From the sequence record SRR31156797_4417: DNA of 60,983 bases; one strand, written 5' to 3'. Below are positions 57,370 to 60,983 of this stretch, in pieces. The notes under the pieces were generated by a model that saw nothing but the letters and a program-made list of their open reading frames with translations, was not told the origin of the DNA and ran no database searches. How positions within the stretch are numbered: position 1 is the stretch's first letter; each line of letters starts with the position of its first letter. The position numbers were made by a program, and so were the translations under genes.

Positions 57370-59342
57370 TCATCACCCACTTCTGACGTAATGGCTTCAA
57401 TCTTTTCTTCAAGTTCTCCCATACGCAACATTAAATTTTCCGCCCACTCAGAAGCTTCCTTATACGCATTATTCAGCTTGAGTGCTTCTTCCGGCTTCTC
57501 ATATGTAGCAGGATCATTCATTTTTTCTTCAAGGTCGGCCTGTTCATCAAGCACTTTTTCTAAATCGCCCTCAAGCTTGTCATACTCTTTCTTTAGTGGC
57601 TTAAGAGTGCGATACAGGCGATTGCGCTCTTCTGCCTGACGACGCTTCTCTTCCTTGGAGAGTTTACGTTTTTCACCACGTACTTCTCCAGAATCACACG
57701 CAGCCTGTTCGGCACGGCAGGCCTCTTCCTGTTTGCTCTTGGCATGGTACGCCTCAAATCCACCGAGATGTTGAGTTATACCATCCTTATCCAAAGCCCA
57801 TATTTCTTCGGCGACTTCGTTGAGCAGATATCTATCATGCGCCACAAAAAGCAAAGTGCCTGCATAATCCTTGAGCGCACGAATAAGCCCTTCACGAGTC
57901 TCAATATCAAGATGGTTTGTTGGCTCATCAAGGACCAAAAAATTGGATCGTGACAAAAACAAGGTAGCGAGTAGAAGCCTACTTTTCTCTCCGCCGGATA
58001 ACCCTTTAATTTTACGCTCAAAAAAAGACTCACCCAACAAAAACAAACCAAGCACACTCATGACCTGTTCTTCAGTCAAATTTGAATCAGACAGTCGTCT
58101 GATTTCACCAATGACAGAATTATCAAGATTAAGAATTTCATGCTGGTGCTGGCTAAAATAGCCAAGATCCGTACCGCTACCGACTTTGACATGGCCTGCT
58201 GTAGGCGTCAGAGAACCGGTTATCAGTTTAAGCAACGTGGATTTACCAGCACCATTGGGGGCAACAACTGCGACTTTCTTACCACGAAAAAGTTGAAAAT
58301 CGAGCTTCGGCCACACAGATTCAACACCGTCGTAATGAAATTCAAGATCAACTGCCGAGGCCGGAACTTTATCCCCGCGCTTGGGCTCTGGCAGGCGAAA
58401 ATTCAAACTTTTTCCCCGATGGGAAGCAGCCTGAGCTTCTTTGATTTGATTCAATTCCTGCTCAAGTTTTTCCACCTTTTTCAACTTGCTCTGCGCTTGT
58501 GCAGCCTTGCGAGCCTTCACACGAAATTTATTAATGTATTTATATTCATTGTCAATTCGAGCCGACAGCTTGTCCGCTTCTTTCTGACGTTGAGACCGAT
58601 TCTCTTCGTCCCAAACCAAAAACTCATCAAAAGAACCTTTACGAAAAACAGGCTTGCCTGTGCCAAGAAACAAAACATGTGTGCCGACACGATTAAGAAA
58701 AATTTTGTCGTGAACGACAAAGGCCAATGTGCCACGAAAGCCGAGAAGGTACTCCTCCAACCATTCCACAGCTTCAAGATCGAGATGGTTAGTCGGTTCA
58801 TCAAGAAGAAGAATATCGGCACCCTGCAAAAGCACTCTGCCGAGTTTCGCACGCTCACGCCATCCACCGGACAATTCTCCTATATTTTTGAACAAGTCTT
58901 CATCACTAAAACCTAAGCCGGTCAAGATGGCTCGCGCCTTGTGATCTGGATTATATCCGTACCGCTCCTCGAATTCAGCCTGACGATGGGACAATTTTTC
59001 TATCCGCGCATTATCATTGGCAGCAACAGCCTTTTCCCATTCTTCCCAAAACTCGTTCCACGACGGCAGTGCAGACAGGACCCAAGACAACAATTGATGT
59101 TCTAAAACCGTCCCAGTCATTTCCTGCGCAACATATCCAACCTGCGCCCCTTTGGACAACGTTACCTGTCCTGCATCCGGTTCAAGCTTTCCGGCCAAGA
59201 CCTTGAGCAACGTACTTTTCCCGCATCCATTAGGACCAGTCAGGGCAAGACGCATGCCCGGTGTGACCTCAAAGGCTACATCAGAAAAAACAGGTTCTCC
59301 ACCATAGGATTTGCCAAGACTCTGAACAGTAATTCGCGACAT
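57366..59342 (-). CDS. ABC-F family ATPase (YheS/Uup-like)
   Basis: Two ABC domains (GPNGCGKST/LSGGW/DEPTNHLD; APNGAGKST/LSGGE/DEPTNHLD), no TM, C-terminal coiled coil. Confidence 0.95.
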   Translation of the reverse strand: MSRITVQSLGKSYGGEPVFSDVAFEVTPGMRLALTGPNGCGKSTLLKVLAGKLEPDAGQVTLSKGAQVGYVAQEMTGTVLEHQLLSWVLSALPSWNEFWEEWEKAVAANDNARIEKLSHRQAEFEERYGYNPDHKARAILTGLGFSDEDLFKNIGELSGGWRERAKLGRVLLQGADILLLDEPTNHLDLEAVEWLEEYLLGFRGTLAFVVHDKIFLNRVGTHVLFLGTGKPVFRKGSFDEFLVWDEENRSQRQKEADKLSARIDNEYKYINKFRVKARKAAQAQSKLKKVEKLEQELNQIKEAQAASHRGKSLNFRLPEPKRGDKVPASAVDLEFHYDGVESVWPKLDFQLFRGKKVAVVAPNGAGKSTLLKLITGSLTPTAGHVKVGSGTDLGYFSQHQHEILNLDNSVIGEIRRLSDSNLTEEQVMSVLGLFLLGESFFERKIKGLSGGEKSRLLLATLFLSRSNFLVLDEPTNHLDIETREGLIRALKDYAGTLLFVAHDRYLLNEVAEEIWALDKDGITQHLGGFEAYHAKSKQEEACRAEQAACDSGEVRGEKRKLSKEEKRRQAEERNRLYRTLKPLKKEYDKLEGDLEKVLDEQADLEEKMNDPATYEKPEEALKLNNAYKEASEWAENLMLRMGELEEKIEAITSEVGDE

Positions 59343-59410
59343 GAATTATAATACCTCTTTAATGCTTGGATAAGGGAATATATTGACCGGTGCAGATTGG
59401 CAAGACCGTT

Positions 59411-59439
59411 TTGACCAGCCCTCTTGTTCAGGCTATAAA
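59411..59439 (+). promoter_or_regulatory. sigma70 promoter of the GIY-YIG gene (probably leaderless)
   Basis: TTGACC-N17-TATAAA ending 5 nt before the ATG; no SD. Confidence 0.55.
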
Positions 59440-59444
59440 GTCAT

Positions 59445-59708
59445 ATGCAACACTGGTATGTATATCTCATGCGCTGTGCTGACGACAGCCTCTACTGTGG
59501 CATTACAACCGATATCGATCGGCGCTTAAAAGAACATAACGCGGGAACTGCATCAAAATACACCCGTCCACGACGGCCTGTAAAAATTGCTGCCTGCGGA
59601 AAAGTGTCTGACAAGAGCAGTGCATTGAAACTGGAAATAGAAATCAAAAAACAACATCGCAACCATAAAATTGCCCATCTCAAAGCTTCAACAAATGCGT
59701 TACAATAA
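59445..59708 (+). CDS. Small GIY-YIG nuclease (YhbQ/UPF0213-like)
   Basis: WYVYLMRCADDSLYCGITTD..RR..EHN...KYTR.RRPV...ALKLE..IK. Confidence 0.9.
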   Translation: MQHWYVYLMRCADDSLYCGITTDIDRRLKEHNAGTASKYTRPRRPVKIAACGKVSDKSSALKLEIEIKKQHRNHKIAHLKASTNALQ

Positions 59709-59806
59709 GGTGACACCTTTTCTTCAAACAACTCAAGAGGGTTGCCAACAATCAAAATCATAGGTAATCAAAAAAATTAACCCATAAAACAATCTACAAA
59801 TTATCT

Positions 59807-60046
59807 ATGTTAGATTCCAATACATTATATATGATTCTGGCTATGGCCGGATTTGTTCTCATTGCAATTATCGTGGTCCATCACCACAATTGCTCTGATC
59901 TTATCAGACACAAACGTGCCGAGGTCAAAGGCATTACAAAACGACTAGGATACAAAATAGAAACGCTTGAGCGGGAAGCCATAGACCTCAAAACACAAAT
60001 TGAAGAAATCGATGAACAAATCGACACCTTGAAGGTACAGGACTGA
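59807..60046 (+). CDS. Small TM + coiled-coil hypothetical protein
   Basis: 79 aa; TM helix then heptad-rich tail. Confidence 0.7.
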   Translation: MLDSNTLYMILAMAGFVLIAIIVVHHHNCSDLIRHKRAEVKGITKRLGYKIETLEREAIDLKTQIEEIDEQIDTLKVQD

Positions 60047-60048
60047 TC

Positions 60049-60516
60049 ATGACCATCCCTCTCATTCTCCTAGGCCTGATCGTTCTCATCTTCACTCTCC
60101 TGCTACGAACTATAAGCCAATACAAAATTTCCAACCTGAACACCCTTTCCAATGAACAACAAAAAATACAGTCAAAATATGACTTCATGGTCAAACACAG
60201 AAAAGAATTAAAAGCTCAGCTGGAAAAAAAGACCCAACGTCTAACTCGACTTAGAAACAATCAAGAAGGCGTCCGAATCATTTCGTCAGATGACTTGAAT
60301 TTTGAAGATATCGATGACACTGAAAAAATAAGTCGTTACCTTCTGCAAAATGGCAAAATAAGTCTTGAACAAAATGAACGCGCTCTCAAAAAAATGGAGA
60401 TCCTTAAAATGGACTTCCTTGCCGTTTGCCTAGCCCTCGGTTTTGTTGATATGGAAACAGGAAAACAAGCTCTCAAGGCAAACAATATCCAACTGAAATC
60501 ATCACATAAAGTATAA
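60049..60516 (+). CDS. TM + coiled-coil + degenerate MshEN-like protein
   Basis: TM helix, coiled coil, ISRYLLQNGKISLEQNERAL / CLALGFVDMETGKQAL. Confidence 0.7.
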   Translation: MTIPLILLGLIVLIFTLLLRTISQYKISNLNTLSNEQQKIQSKYDFMVKHRKELKAQLEKKTQRLTRLRNNQEGVRIISSDDLNFEDIDDTEKISRYLLQNGKISLEQNERALKKMEILKMDFLAVCLALGFVDMETGKQALKANNIQLKSSHKV

Positions 60517-60548
60517 AAAAAGGCCGCGTCTCAATGACACGGCCTTTT
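60517..60548. terminator. Bidirectional intrinsic terminator
   Basis: AAAAGGCCG.GTC / GAC.CGGCCTTTT between convergent genes. Confidence 0.8.
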
Positions 60549-60569
60549 CACTCTTCGAAATTATATTCT

Positions 60570-60983
<414 letters not shown>

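Noticed and set aside
59445-59708. GIY-YIG as a homing endonuclease or mobile element
   Set aside because: 87-aa stand-alone YhbQ-type domain with no intron, intein or flanking repeats.
42864-60548. Similar AAAAGGCCG...CGGCCTTTT hairpins at 42864, 53934 and 60517 as a REP-like repeat family
   Set aside because: Only the stem base is shared and each follows a stop codon; ordinary terminators.

Overview
Core chromosomal segment of a sulfate-reducing deltaproteobacterium (Desulfovibrionaceae, Pseudodesulfovibrio-like; inferred from dsrC with the conserved two-Cys C-terminus, dhcA-rnfCDGEAB and the gene orders). Contents: J-domain protein, hisH-hisF, rpoZ-dnaJ-moaC, ttcA-like and M23 peptidase genes, a flagellar export/regulation operon (fliR-flhB-flhA-flhF-flhG-fliA-cheY-fliL plus three orphans), lpxC with a sigma54 promoter and three upstream activator repeats, rpmE-DUF1385-prfA-prmC, dsrC preceded by a translationally coupled methyltransferase / YcaO-TPR pair, signalling genes, an atypical thioredoxin reductase, a decaheme cytochrome-Rnf operon with a non-canonical RnfC and an RnfB-flavoprotein fusion, tRNA-Val(CAC), tex, a tungsten cluster (aor-moaD-moeB-modE-tupABC-mobB), trmL, rmlB-rmlD, a zinc-ribbon/SulP/STAS/cNMP protein, a glycosyltransferase with a sigma28 promoter and CsrA-type leader, a class IV aminotransferase, asd, metF, Nudix, ABC-F, GIY-YIG, two orphan membrane proteins and the 3' part of leuB. 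No CRISPR array, prophage, IS or integrase is visible. The best candidate for an undescribed system is the methyltransferase + YcaO-TPR pair next to dsrC, a possible protein backbone-thioamidation/methylation module. All family assignments come from motif recognition by eye; no database searches were run.
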